DNA of 57,075 nucleotides, from the IMG/VR virus record IMGVR_UViG_3300030382_001515, positions 1 to 57,075 of that record; one strand, 5' to 3'. The notes under the pieces were generated by a model. That model worked only from the letters and a program-made list of their open reading frames with translations, made no database searches and was not told the DNA's origin. This DNA is from a virus. Taxonomy: Duplodnaviria; Caudoviricetes. Positions 35,293 to 44,780 of this stretch are shown here, piece by piece; within the stretch, counting starts at the first letter, position 1, and each line of letters starts with the position of its first letter. The translations under genes and the position numbers were made by a program.

Positions 35293-35883
35293 ATGGCATA
35301 CGAAAAGCTTAAAGTATGTGGAACACTAGAAGGTTGGATTCCTAACTTCTTTGAGGAACCTACCTATAAGAATGAGCCTTGCGATTTCCGTCTAAAGATC
35401 AGGGTTACTGAGGATGCTGATGAACTCAGAGAGATCTTAAGAGACAACTACGAAAGTCTCTGTGAGTGGTATCGGAAAACAAGTGGGAACAAGCGCTTCT
35501 TTGCTGAGCCTTGGATAGAGAATGAGGATGGTTCTGTTACCGTTCGTGTTACTGCCAAGCCTAGGTATCAAGAGTTTCCGTTTCCAGTAGTAGATGGAGA
35601 ACTAGAAGCTGTAGATGAGAATCTCAACCTAAAAGAGGGTACAACTGTACTAGTCAGCACTGTTCTAATGCCTTACTCACCTAAGAGTCCTCAAGGTGGT
35701 ATGAGGATCAGACCTCGTGCTATCCAGATCATTGAAGCTGTGACTTATGATGCTTCAGACAGTGGTGAGTTGGACCTAGAAGAGGAGTTCACAAAGACTA
35801 AGGGTTATAAGAAATCAAAACCCAACGTCAAGAAATCTACTAAGAAATCTGATAACGTACCAGACGAAGACGAAGATTTCTAA
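35293..35883 (+). CDS. ssb: Single-stranded DNA-binding protein, T7 gp2.5-like
   Basis: First replication gene; AIQIIEAV motif; acidic tail ending DEDEDF. Confidence 0.8.
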   Translation: MAYEKLKVCGTLEGWIPNFFEEPTYKNEPCDFRLKIRVTEDADELREILRDNYESLCEWYRKTSGNKRFFAEPWIENEDGSVTVRVTAKPRYQEFPFPVVDGELEAVDENLNLKEGTTVLVSTVLMPYSPKSPQGGMRIRPRAIQIIEAVTYDASDSGELDLEEEFTKTKGYKKSKPNVKKSTKKSDNVPDEDEDF

Positions 35884-35887
35884 GTAA

Positions 35888-36283
35888 ATGGCCCGACGAT
35901 TTCACAAGTATGGACGACGTACAAGAGATGGATTTAGATCGGGCTTTGAATCAGAAGTAGCTCACGACCTCAAGCTAAACGGTATTAACTACGAGTACGA
36001 AACTCAAAAGTACGATCTAGTAATACCTAGAAGCTATACCCCCGATTTCATTCTTGATAACGGTAGGGTTGTTGAGGTTAAGGGCTATTTTGATTCTGAA
36101 GATAGGAGACTCATTAGGATTTTTAAAGAACAACATCCTGATGTAGATATCCGTATGTGTTTTCAAAAGCCACATCAAAAGTTGTCTAAGACAGCCAAGA
36201 TGACTTACGCAATGTGGTGTGACAAACACAATATTCCCTGGTGTAAGGGGCCTCACTTGCCACACCGCTGGACTCTGTTATAG
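35888..36283 (+). CDS. Endonuclease I (Holliday junction resolvase), T7 gp3-like
   Basis: FRSGFE, YTPDFIL, VEVKGYF..EDR and TYAMWCDKH motifs. Confidence 0.93.
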   Translation: MARRFHKYGRRTRDGFRSGFESEVAHDLKLNGINYEYETQKYDLVIPRSYTPDFILDNGRVVEVKGYFDSEDRRLIRIFKEQHPDVDIRMCFQKPHQKLSKTAKMTYAMWCDKHNIPWCKGPHLPHRWTLL

Positions 36284-36312
36284 TCCGATTGGTAAGTGAA
36301 AGGGTTACCACT

Positions 36313-36344
36313 ACCTCCAGGGATATCCCCACCTGGAGGTTTTT
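36313..36344 (+). terminator. Terminator-like hairpin immediately before primase start
   Basis: ACCTCCAGG-10 nt-CCTGGAGGT-TTTT, 2 nt before ATG 36347. Confidence 0.6.
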
Positions 36345-36346
36345 AA

Positions 36347-37957
36347 ATGTCTTCAATTAAATCACCATGCCCTAAATGTGGTAGTAGAGATAATAAAGCA
36401 ATCTTTGAAGATGGCAGTGAACACTGCTTTACTCCAGGTTGTAACTATCACGTTTTCTCAGACTCTTCTAAATCCTTTTCAACAATGGAAAACTCTTTCA
36501 CTGAAGTCCCTCTAATAGAGGGTGAGTACGTCGCTAATAAGAAGCGGTGTATACCTGCCTCAACACCTCAGTTCTTTGGAGAAGTGAGAGCTGTACACAA
36601 CGGAGAGAAGGCAGACTTTTGGCCTATCTATGACAACGAGAGAAGGCTTGTTGGATACAAAGTTAGAAAGGGTAAGAAGGACTTCTTTCAATTAGGTAAG
36701 AACATAGACAATAGGTTCTTAGGTCAAGAGAAGTGGAACGGAGGGAAGCTTTGTGTAGTTTTTGAGGGTGAGATGGATTGTAAGAGTTACCACGCTATTA
36801 GAAAGACGTGGCCTTGTGTCTCTCTTCCTAATGGATGTGAATCTGGTAATAAAACGATTAAAGCTCAGCTTGATTGGCTGCTCAAATTTGATGAGATCAT
36901 ATTGTGTTATGACAACGATGAACAAGGACAGAAAGCATCTCAACGTGACATCCAACTACTACCACCACGAAAGGCAAAGGTAGGAGTTATTGAGGGTTAT
37001 AAAGATGCAAGTGAAGCTCTTATGGATGGAAATGAGAAAGCTGTTCTCAATATGGTGTGGAACGCTAAGGAGTATGAGCCTGATGGAATTGTATGTGGTG
37101 ACAAGCTAAGAACTCAGGTACTTGAAGATCCTAAAGTAGACAGTGTTGAGTATGGTTTTCCTTTTCTTGATGAGAAGCTTCACGGCTTAAGGCGTGGAGA
37201 GCTCTGTACTATCACAGCGGGCACAGGTCAAGGTAAATCAACCTTTGTTAACGAAATCGCTTATCACTTAGCTATTAAACAAAATGAGCGTGTCGCTGTC
37301 ATATCCTTGGAGGAGAATAACCTTAGAACTGCGCGCCGATTTGTCGGCATTAAACTTAATCACCCTCTACATATTGACCGTGGAACCTTCACCGATGAGC
37401 AGATCGAGGCAGCATTCGATGAAACCCTTGGGAAAGGGGATGTCTATTTTTACGATCATTTTGGCAGCCTTGACAGCACCGTTCTTCTTAATCGTATACG
37501 GCATTGTGTTATTGCTTTGGGTTGCAGCTTTGTTATTTTTGATCACTTATCAATTTTGGTGTCGGGTATGGACCAAGCTCAGGATGAACGCCGCGCGATT
37601 GACCAAACGATGACAAAGCTCCGCAGTTTTGTAGAAGAAACAAACTGTGGAATGATATTGGTCAGTCACCTTAGAAGACCTTCAGGAGATAAAGGACATG
37701 AAGATGGTCAACAAACGAGTCTTTCTGGTCTTCGCGGTAGTGCAGCTATCGGCCAGCTCAGTGACATTGTCCTTGGCTTGGAACGCGACCAACAAGGATC
37801 CGACAGTAGTGAATGTAGAGTCCGTGTACTTAAGAATAGATTCACAGGATGGCTTGGAGTTGCAGGAACTGTGAAGTATTACGAGAAAACTGGCAGAATG
37901 TTACCGCTGGATGATATTGCTGTGATTACAGATGATTTTATTGAACCCGATTTTTGA
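36347..37957 (+). CDS. DNA primase/helicase, T7 gp4-like
   Basis: Zn finger CPKCGSRD...HCF..GC, TOPRIM FEGEMD and YDND, Walker A AGTGQGKST, DHLSI, LVSHLRR, LRGS, LKNRFTG. Confidence 0.96.
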   Translation: MSSIKSPCPKCGSRDNKAIFEDGSEHCFTPGCNYHVFSDSSKSFSTMENSFTEVPLIEGEYVANKKRCIPASTPQFFGEVRAVHNGEKADFWPIYDNERRLVGYKVRKGKKDFFQLGKNIDNRFLGQEKWNGGKLCVVFEGEMDCKSYHAIRKTWPCVSLPNGCESGNKTIKAQLDWLLKFDEIILCYDNDEQGQKASQRDIQLLPPRKAKVGVIEGYKDASEALMDGNEKAVLNMVWNAKEYEPDGIVCGDKLRTQVLEDPKVDSVEYGFPFLDEKLHGLRRGELCTITAGTGQGKSTFVNEIAYHLAIKQNERVAVISLEENNLRTARRFVGIKLNHPLHIDRGTFTDEQIEAAFDETLGKGDVYFYDHFGSLDSTVLLNRIRHCVIALGCSFVIFDHLSILVSGMDQAQDERRAIDQTMTKLRSFVEETNCGMILVSHLRRPSGDKGHEDGQQTSLSGLRGSAAIGQLSDIVLGLERDQQGSDSSECRVRVLKNRFTGWLGVAGTVKYYEKTGRMLPLDDIAVITDDFIEPDF

Positions 37958-38174
37958 TGTACATCTTAGAAAGATAAACAGAGTTAAAGTATCTGCTTTC
38001 GCTGCTACTGAAAAAGCTAAACGATCCCTTTCCACTTTCTTTAAAGCTAATGACTTTGTACACACGTTCAATGAGCCTCAAATCAAAGAGCTCATCAAAT
38101 ACTGTTATTCTGAGAAACTCAAAGTCCACATCGATGAGAGTCTTCGACATAGAAACGAACGCTCTGAAGATTGA
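37932..38174 (+). CDS. Hypothetical protein between helicase and polymerase
   Basis: 80-aa ORF overlapping both neighbours. Confidence 0.6.
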   Translation: MILLNPIFDVHLRKINRVKVSAFAATEKAKRSLSTFFKANDFVHTFNEPQIKELIKYCYSEKLKVHIDESLRHRNERSED

Positions 38175-39945
38175 CGACATCACAAAGATTCATTGCTGTG
38201 TAGTTGGTACACCCTGTGGTCATACTGTTCTGCATACTGATCCAGAGAAGTGGCTACCCATACTGGAGAACTGTGAAATACTTGTTGGACATAACATCAT
38301 TCAATATGACATTCCAGCAATCCAGAAGCTTTATCCAAACTTCAAACCTAAAGGAAGGCTTATAGATACTCTGATATGTAGCAGGATGTTTTGGCCTGAC
38401 ATATTAGATATTGACTTTAAGCATAAATGGGAGACGATGCCTATTCAACTGTATGGCCGACACAGCTTAGAAGCTTATGGTCACAGGATGAAGAAGCATA
38501 AGAAACACGCGGATCTTGAAGATTTCTCAAAATTAACCAAAGAATTAGCAGAGAGATGTGTTTGTGATGTCGAAGTAACAGCTACACTTTGGCGTAGGTT
38601 GCAACCTAAGGTTGATGCTAATCCCGACGCTATTAACCTTGAGATGAGATTTGCAACTCTTATCTCGAAGCAGGAACAGTCTGGCTTTCATTTTGACGTT
38701 AAGGGAGCGCTTGAATTGGAAGCCCACTGCGTAAGTCAACTGAATACTCTCGATGAACGATTGAGACAACGGTTCCCGTTCATTGACGGAGGGCTCTTCA
38801 CCCCTAAGCGAAACGATAAAAGTCGAGGATACGTAGCTTCATCACCTATGTGTCGTCTGACCCCCTTGAATCCAAACTCAAGGGATCATATTGCTTGGGC
38901 ACTAAAGAATCATCTGAATTGGAAAGCAGAAGTTTTCACCGAGACTGGTAAACCCAAGATCGATGAGAAGATTCTTAAGAAGATTCCTGGAGCTGAAGAT
39001 TTCGTATCTTCTCTTACGTTCCAAAAAAGACTAAGCCAACTAAGTACTGGCAAAGGTGCTTGGTTGAAACTAGTAGGTAAAGACAATCGTATTCATGGCA
39101 GCGTGATTACGGTTGGCTGTGCTACTCAGAGATGTGCCCACGTCAACCCCAATATGGCCCAGGTACCTGCCGTTAGGTCAGTCCTGGGACCGGAGTGCCG
39201 AGCTCTGTTTGGACCTAACAACCTGTCAAATTGTTCACCCCGAAGGGACGGTGTAGTAAGGACAGTCAAACAGGTTGGCGTGGATCTCTCTGGTATCGAA
39301 GCACGGTGTTTAGCTCATTACTTAATGCCTCTTGATGGTGGTAAATTTGCACGAGCAGTTATCGATGGAGATATCCATTCTGCGAATCAACGGGCTGCTG
39401 GTTTACCAACTAGGGATATGGCGAAAACTTTCCTATATGCCCTAATCTATGGGGCAGGTTCAGAACGCATAGGTGCAATCGTTAGTGAAAAAGGTTCAAC
39501 AAAAAAGCAGAGAATGTCTAGAGGATATAAGTTAAAGCGTAAGTATTATAAAAATTTACCAGCCTTAGAAGAACTTACTAAAAAGATAACAGCTAAAGCA
39601 GAGTCTGAAGGGTTTATCAAAGCTATTGATGGTAGACCTATTAAAATAAGATCACCTCATAGCGCTTTAAATTTCTGTTTACAGTCAGCTGGTGCAATAA
39701 TATCTAAACTCTGGTACATCATCTGCTACGAAGAATTAAGTAGAAAAGGTTTTGTATATGGGAAAGATTGGAGCTTCTTAGCACACGTACATGATGAGAT
39801 CCAATTTGCAGCTAAAGATTCTATTGCTGAAGATGTGGCGAAAGTTGCAGTACTCTCGTCTGAACTCGCAGGGGATCGTCTTAGAATGCGAGTTAAGATC
39901 GAATCAGAATATAAGATTGGAGACAACTGGGCAGAATGCCACTAA
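38134..39945 (+). CDS. polA: DNA polymerase family A, T7 gp5-like (start probably MRVFDIET; track start 38050)
   Basis: Exo motifs FDIET, GHNIIQYD; motif A DLSGIEAR; motif B KTFLYALIYG (Tyr at the T7 Y526 position); motif C HVHDEIQ. Confidence 0.96.
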   Translation: MRVFDIETNALKIDDITKIHCCVVGTPCGHTVLHTDPEKWLPILENCEILVGHNIIQYDIPAIQKLYPNFKPKGRLIDTLICSRMFWPDILDIDFKHKWETMPIQLYGRHSLEAYGHRMKKHKKHADLEDFSKLTKELAERCVCDVEVTATLWRRLQPKVDANPDAINLEMRFATLISKQEQSGFHFDVKGALELEAHCVSQLNTLDERLRQRFPFIDGGLFTPKRNDKSRGYVASSPMCRLTPLNPNSRDHIAWALKNHLNWKAEVFTETGKPKIDEKILKKIPGAEDFVSSLTFQKRLSQLSTGKGAWLKLVGKDNRIHGSVITVGCATQRCAHVNPNMAQVPAVRSVLGPECRALFGPNNLSNCSPRRDGVVRTVKQVGVDLSGIEARCLAHYLMPLDGGKFARAVIDGDIHSANQRAAGLPTRDMAKTFLYALIYGAGSERIGAIVSEKGSTKKQRMSRGYKLKRKYYKNLPALEELTKKITAKAESEGFIKAIDGRPIKIRSPHSALNFCLQSAGAIISKLWYIICYEELSRKGFVYGKDWSFLAHVHDEIQFAAKDSIAEDVAKVAVLSSELAGDRLRMRVKIESEYKIGDNWAECH

Positions 39946-40336
39946 GAACTGTAAGATCTGTGGCAAACAAAAAGATATAACTAAGTTCTATAAGAACGGG
40001 ACTTGGACTAGACCTGAATGCGCTGTATGTACTAGAGAGACACAAAAGAACTATCACGAAATAAGGAAGAAACATAAAACTCCACCACTTGGTACTCCTT
40101 GTGAATGTTGTGGTAAGACAGATGAAAAACTAACTTGGGATCATTGTCACAACACTACCAACCATAGGGGTTGGCTTTGTCATAACTGCAATACAGGTAT
40201 AGGGAAGTTAGGTGACAATCTTCAAGGTGTCACCAACGCTATGAACTACTTACTCCGACCCCGTAGGATTGCTTCAGATACAAAAGGGGATCATGAAAAC
40301 GACGAAGGATTGGGACTGTCTTCAAGACTGCACTGA
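39917..40336 (+). CDS. Recombination endonuclease VII-family protein (track start 39791)
   Basis: CKIC...CAVC, CECCG, WDHCH...RGWLCHNCNTGIGKLGD. Confidence 0.85.
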   Translation: METTGQNATKNCKICGKQKDITKFYKNGTWTRPECAVCTRETQKNYHEIRKKHKTPPLGTPCECCGKTDEKLTWDHCHNTTNHRGWLCHNCNTGIGKLGDNLQGVTNAMNYLLRPRRIASDTKGDHENDEGLGLSSRLH

Positions 40337-40472
40337 AGAACAAACAGCTTTCTACAACGAAACAGTTAAGTTACTTAAAGAGGCTGAACGGAGAGGAGGG
40401 AATTTAGAAAAATTTTTAAAGGAAAGAGGGGATGGTCTATATATACCGAAACGTAGGGAAACTTCCTCATGA
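40269..40472 (+). CDS. Hypothetical protein (start uncertain)
   Basis: 67-aa ORF with ATGA coupling to exonuclease. Confidence 0.5.
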   Translation: MLQIQKGIMKTTKDWDCLQDCTEEQTAFYNETVKLLKEAERRGGNLEKFLKERGDGLYIPKRRETSS

Positions 40473-41254
40473 CTTGGCTCTTAGTCGACGCCGATATGCT
40501 TCTATTTCAAGCCTGCTGTGCTTGTGAAGTAGAGGTAGAATGGCAAACAGACATCATCACAACACACCTTCCTGTTAGGGAAGCGTTGATGATATTTGAA
40601 GACTTGCTAAGCATTAAAAAGCAGCAAGTTAAAGCTGAATGGGTAACCCTCTGCTGGACTGGGGTGGATAACTTTCGTAAGAAGGTTGACCCATCCTATA
40701 AAGCAAATAGGAGAGCTACGAATCATCGGATTAAACCTGTTGGTTTTAAAGAGGTTCGTAGACGGCTGGAAAACAGCTACAAGTCAGAATGCTGGTATCG
40801 TTTGGAAGCAGACGATGTATTAGGAATTCTTGCGACTCGACACAGAGACAAGACTCCTGTTATATGGTCTGGAGATAAGGATCTTCAACAGATTCCTGGC
40901 TTTCACCTTAATAAAGAAGGTGACATTGAATTAATTACGGAGGATCAAGCTGATGCCTATTTTTTACAGCAGTGTCTCAGCGGCGACACTGTCGACGGCT
41001 ATTCTGGCTGCCCTGGTGTGGGGCCGAAAACGGCGAAGAAGCTCATTCCTGTGGAACGGTTCTCACTTGCCTCCTCATGGAGAGTTGTAGTTCAACAGTA
41101 TGAGAAGAAGGGTCTCAGTGCAGATCACGCCTTGAAACAAGCACGGTTGGCCCGTATATTACGGGACACTGAGTACACCTACGATGACATTGAACTATGG
41201 GAACCCCCGACACTACCAACCCTAGTTACTACGGATTCGGAGACGAGGCCGTAA
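40469..41254 (+). CDS. 5'-3' exonuclease, T7 gp6-like
   Basis: LVDAD, YKANR, LEADDVLG, SGDKDL.QIPG and GDTVDGYSGCPGVG motifs. Confidence 0.94.
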   Translation: MTWLLVDADMLLFQACCACEVEVEWQTDIITTHLPVREALMIFEDLLSIKKQQVKAEWVTLCWTGVDNFRKKVDPSYKANRRATNHRIKPVGFKEVRRRLENSYKSECWYRLEADDVLGILATRHRDKTPVIWSGDKDLQQIPGFHLNKEGDIELITEDQADAYFLQQCLSGDTVDGYSGCPGVGPKTAKKLIPVERFSLASSWRVVVQQYEKKGLSADHALKQARLARILRDTEYTYDDIELWEPPTLPTLVTTDSETRP

Positions 41255-41526
41255 TTGAATGTATTGACTACATTAGTAGTCATGGTTTTGACTTCCTTGA
41301 GGGAAACATCATTAAGTATGTGACTCGTTATGAAGGAAAGAATGGGGTTGAAGATCTTAAGAAAGCCTCTTGGTATCTTGACCGCCTCATTAAACGTGAA
41401 GAGGGTAAGGCTAAGTCTTATGATTCTTCCTTATATCAATCCATTAAAAATGCCAAGGCTCAGGACATCCAATTCACGCCTAGTCCAGTTATGGATGAGG
41501 AGTGCTGGTCAACTTGCGACACCTAA
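41197..41526 (+). CDS. DUF3310 / T7 gp1.7-like protein
   Basis: NPSYY...ECIDYI...FLEGNIIKYVTRY..KNGVEDLKKA.WYL. Confidence 0.85.
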   Translation: MGTPDTTNPSYYGFGDEAVIECIDYISSHGFDFLEGNIIKYVTRYEGKNGVEDLKKASWYLDRLIKREEGKAKSYDSSLYQSIKNAKAQDIQFTPSPVMDEECWSTCDT

Positions 41527-41803
41527 TGATGAAGAAGCTTGCAATCTCCAAATGGTTTTCATCGAAGAGGAGTTCTATGAACTTCTTCATGCTCACAGTA
41601 ATCTCAAACGTGAAGATGTCATTAAAGAAGCCTGTGATTTAATCTGGGTTACTTACGGACTACTACACTCAATGGGTGTAGATGTTGATACCGCTTTTGG
41701 AAAGGTGTCAGATTCTAATATGACAAAACTACCCTTCACTTACAAAGAAGGGAAGGTACAGAAAGGACCAAACTACAGAAAACCTGACTTATCAAAACTA
41801 TGA
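41450..41803 (+). CDS. MazG-like NTP pyrophosphohydrolase (track start 41330)
   Basis: IEEEFYEL...KEACDL.WV.YG...V..SNMTK...GKVQKGPNY..PDL. Confidence 0.85.
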   Translation: MPRLRTSNSRLVQLWMRSAGQLATPNDEEACNLQMVFIEEEFYELLHAHSNLKREDVIKEACDLIWVTYGLLHSMGVDVDTAFGKVSDSNMTKLPFTYKEGKVQKGPNYRKPDLSKL

Positions 41804-43197
41804 AACTTAAAGAAGCTTATACCTCACTTGCCATGACTGGCAGGGTAAAGAGCTGGTTGAAAGATCCAGCTAGACGCTACCCCGTGTCGTGTTGTGTCAT
41901 GGTTGTTGACGACACGATGGATGAGTCTGAAGACTCTATTGAACAGTCCTTTATCTTTGCTTCTAAAGCACTTCGTTATGGCGCAGGAGTCTCCTTACAC
42001 CTCTCAAACCTCAGACCAAAAGGAACTGAGAACGAGCACGGAATGGTTGCTAGCGGTCCTTGTGGATTCATGGAGATCTACTCCAAGTTCAACGAAATCC
42101 TCAGACGTGGGGGACAGTACAGAAATGGGGCGATCGTGGCTCATTGCGACTGGGACCATAGCGACATTATTGAGTTCATCAATTATGATCGTGCTCGCAT
42201 ACCGTGGCTTAAGCGCTGCGTCAATGTTGATCCAGAGGTAATCAACAAGCCTTCTATATTGAATGCGATTATGGAGGGAGCCCGTAAAGGTGACCTTTGG
42301 CTTGTTAAGAAGCAGTACGACTCAAATGGTGAGAGAATTTACCATAACGTATGCCAGGAGATCTTAATTAAATCTAGAGATACCTGCCTCTTAAGTCATA
42401 TAAATTTAGCTGGTACTAATAGTGTTAGTGATATACCTGAAGCCTTTGTAAAAGGTATGGAGTTTCTTTGTGACCTTTACAAAAGAACTGGAGTTAATAG
42501 ATCTGGTATCTACCGTAAGAAAGATAATCAGGTAGGTCTAGGTGTACTTGGTCTGTCTAATCTTCTAGCTATTGAGAATGTATCTTATAAAGATTTTGTC
42601 TCAGCTATGAGGAGAACTAATTTAGGTGTTCGTATAGAAGAAGTGACTATGGCTGACTCTATAGCTCTAGCTATTCATCACGGTATGCAAGCGGCGGCTA
42701 AGGTGGCTGAAGAAAATGGTATGACTAGAGCCTTTACCGTAGCTCCAACTGCTACTTGTTCTTATAACTATGTAGACAGAGAAGGTTACACAACAACACC
42801 TGAAATTTCTCCACCAATCTCACGTGAGGTAGATCGTGATAGTACTACTCTTGGTGTTAAATCATATAAGTATCATCCAAAGTGTGAGACTGCTGAAGAA
42901 GTAGGTTGGGATACTTTCTTTGAGTTGAATTGTGAATGGCAAGTCATGATGGATAAAACCAAGAAGGCACACGCTATCTCCATGAATTGGTGGTCTGACT
43001 TAATAAATTTTGACAGACAGTTTATGTCTAGATGGTTAAATTCTCCGTTGAAAAGCCTATACTATTCTTTACAGGTCATGCCGGATACGCAAGATAAAAC
43101 AGATGTGTATGCCGCTTTAGGGGATACCGATGTTGACGAGTATCTCAGTGAAATTTTGACCGATGATAACCCAATAACTTGTGATTGTGCAGAATGA
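41800..43197 (+). CDS. nrdA: Ribonucleotide reductase class I alpha subunit, minimal form
   Basis: PVSC, NVCQEI catalytic loop, VGLGVLGL, VAPTATCS, KSLYY, C-terminal CDCAE; no ATP cone. Confidence 0.9.
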   Translation: MKLKEAYTSLAMTGRVKSWLKDPARRYPVSCCVMVVDDTMDESEDSIEQSFIFASKALRYGAGVSLHLSNLRPKGTENEHGMVASGPCGFMEIYSKFNEILRRGGQYRNGAIVAHCDWDHSDIIEFINYDRARIPWLKRCVNVDPEVINKPSILNAIMEGARKGDLWLVKKQYDSNGERIYHNVCQEILIKSRDTCLLSHINLAGTNSVSDIPEAFVKGMEFLCDLYKRTGVNRSGIYRKKDNQVGLGVLGLSNLLAIENVSYKDFVSAMRRTNLGVRIEEVTMADSIALAIHHGMQAAAKVAEENGMTRAFTVAPTATCSYNYVDREGYTTTPEISPPISREVDRDSTTLGVKSYKYHPKCETAEEVGWDTFFELNCEWQVMMDKTKKAHAISMNWWSDLINFDRQFMSRWLNSPLKSLYYSLQVMPDTQDKTDVYAALGDTDVDEYLSEILTDDNPITCDCAE

Positions 43198-43913
43198 TGA
43201 GACAGCATCCATACAAACAGCTTCTGGAAAGGAAGCGTACCTGGACTCCCGTGCGTCCAACAGCAGGAAAGCTGAAGGAAGGCTCTGAAGAGACTATTAA
43301 ACGTGCTCTATCTATAAGACACCTTGAACTACCCGTAGGAGGGTTCATCAAGGCGGCTCTTGAAGATATCCCAGTTTTATCTAAGGAGCTTCTAGAGGAC
43401 AACGTAAGAGATGAGGATAGGCATGATATAGCCCTCAATTATATTGCTGAAGCTCATGGTGTAGATGAGAAAGCTGAGGCTGAAGCTTTTAGACTTCAAG
43501 CAGCTTGGAAGGCTCACCCTGATCCCACAGTTTTAAAAGCTCTTGTAATTGAGAAAGCTATCTTTTTTGTGTTGCTGCCTTTCTTCAGATTCAACGGAGA
43601 CACTGGGATGAGGGTTACATCAGCGGATATCAGCCGTGATGAGACCATCCACGTAAGTGGTCATAGTCTTGTGTGTAGAGAAAAGGGTTGGACTCCTAGC
43701 CCATCTTTAGATAAACTAAGGAAAGCAACAATTAATTGGGTTCTTCAACCTTTAGGTGATTCTGAGGATCGCTATCTAAACAAAAAGTTTTGGTTAGATC
43801 AAAGTGATAATCTCATGTATCGTGGTAAGGCTGAAGGCTTAGCTGATACTAAGAGAGCTAGAGTTCCTGCTTTCTTTGAAACTAGCAATTCCGATTTACC
43901 GAGTTACGCATAA
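43185..43913 (+). CDS. nrdB: Ribonucleotide reductase class I beta subunit, minimal ferritin-like
   Basis: LELPV, DEDRH, IEKAIFF and DETIH dimetal ligands; adjacent to nrdA; C-terminal Tyr. Confidence 0.85.
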   Translation: MCRMMRQHPYKQLLERKRTWTPVRPTAGKLKEGSEETIKRALSIRHLELPVGGFIKAALEDIPVLSKELLEDNVRDEDRHDIALNYIAEAHGVDEKAEAEAFRLQAAWKAHPDPTVLKALVIEKAIFFVLLPFFRFNGDTGMRVTSADISRDETIHVSGHSLVCREKGWTPSPSLDKLRKATINWVLQPLGDSEDRYLNKKFWLDQSDNLMYRGKAEGLADTKRARVPAFFETSNSDLPSYA

Positions 43914-44608
43914 TGGGTTGGTGGAGCAGAGCTTGGAAAGCAGTTACTGCCCCAGTTAGGGCAGTTGTAAACGTTGCTAAAGATGTAACTAAAAAGGTTG
44001 TTAATGTAACTAAAGATGTAGTTAAAGTTACAACCCAAGCAGCTAAAGATGTAGTTAAAACTACTACAAAGGTAGTAGGTAACGTAGCTAGAGGTGTTGA
44101 CGATCTTCAAAAAAACGTCCGAAAAAATGTTAACAACGTTGTAGAGGACTTATCAGGAGCTAGAGACCGTAGAAAAGCTGCAGAAGATTTAGAAAGGGCT
44201 GCTGCTGAGCAGAGCGAAGCTCAAGAGGCTTACGATAAACAAGCTGCTGAGATTAAAAGGCAGACAGAAGATCAGAAAGCTCAAATGGCTGCTGCTACAG
44301 CAAAGCAAACAACAGCTACTCAAGAAGCTCAAAGAATAGAAGCTGAAACTATAGAGAAAACTAGAATTGCTGAACTTGAATCTAAACGTTTAAGTGCTTC
44401 TACTAGAGTTCAAACTCAAATAGACGCAGCTACAGCAGCTAGACAAGCTCAAATCGCAGAGCAACAGGCTATTGCAAGTCTTCCAGAGGAAGATGATGAT
44501 ACTGGAGCAGGACCAACTGTTACAAGAACACCTATAGCAACACCCGTTCCTGGGGGTTATGGTGGTACTGAACCTGGTGCTATTAACCCAACTGGCTTGA
44601 ATATATGA
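43913..44608 (+). CDS. Putative virion-associated protein, copy B
   Basis: Homolog of 255-947. Confidence 0.7.
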   Translation: MGWWSRAWKAVTAPVRAVVNVAKDVTKKVVNVTKDVVKVTTQAAKDVVKTTTKVVGNVARGVDDLQKNVRKNVNNVVEDLSGARDRRKAAEDLERAAAEQSEAQEAYDKQAAEIKRQTEDQKAQMAAATAKQTTATQEAQRIEAETIEKTRIAELESKRLSASTRVQTQIDAATAARQAQIAEQQAIASLPEEDDDTGAGPTVTRTPIATPVPGGYGGTEPGAINPTGLNI

Positions 44609-44778
44609 TTCCTGTAATTGATGAGCAATTAATTGAATATTTAGAAGAGGTCTATCCAGATAAGGCTCCAGATATTAGTATAGAAGAGAAGCAAATATGG
44701 TTTAATGCTGGACAGGTGGCGGTTGTACGTCATTTGAAGGATCAGTATAGACTACAAGAAGAAACTAAGTACAACTAG
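44605..44778 (+). CDS. Conserved hypothetical 57-aa protein, copy B
   Basis: Homolog of 944-1117. Confidence 0.85.
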   Translation: MIPVIDEQLIEYLEEVYPDKAPDISIEEKQIWFNAGQVAVVRHLKDQYRLQEETKYN

Positions 44779-44780
44779 AT

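Noticed and set aside
39225-39270. Short insertion before motif A of DNA polymerase (NNLSNCSPRRDGVVRTVK)
   Set aside because: Too short for an intein, frame intact; probably a variable loop.
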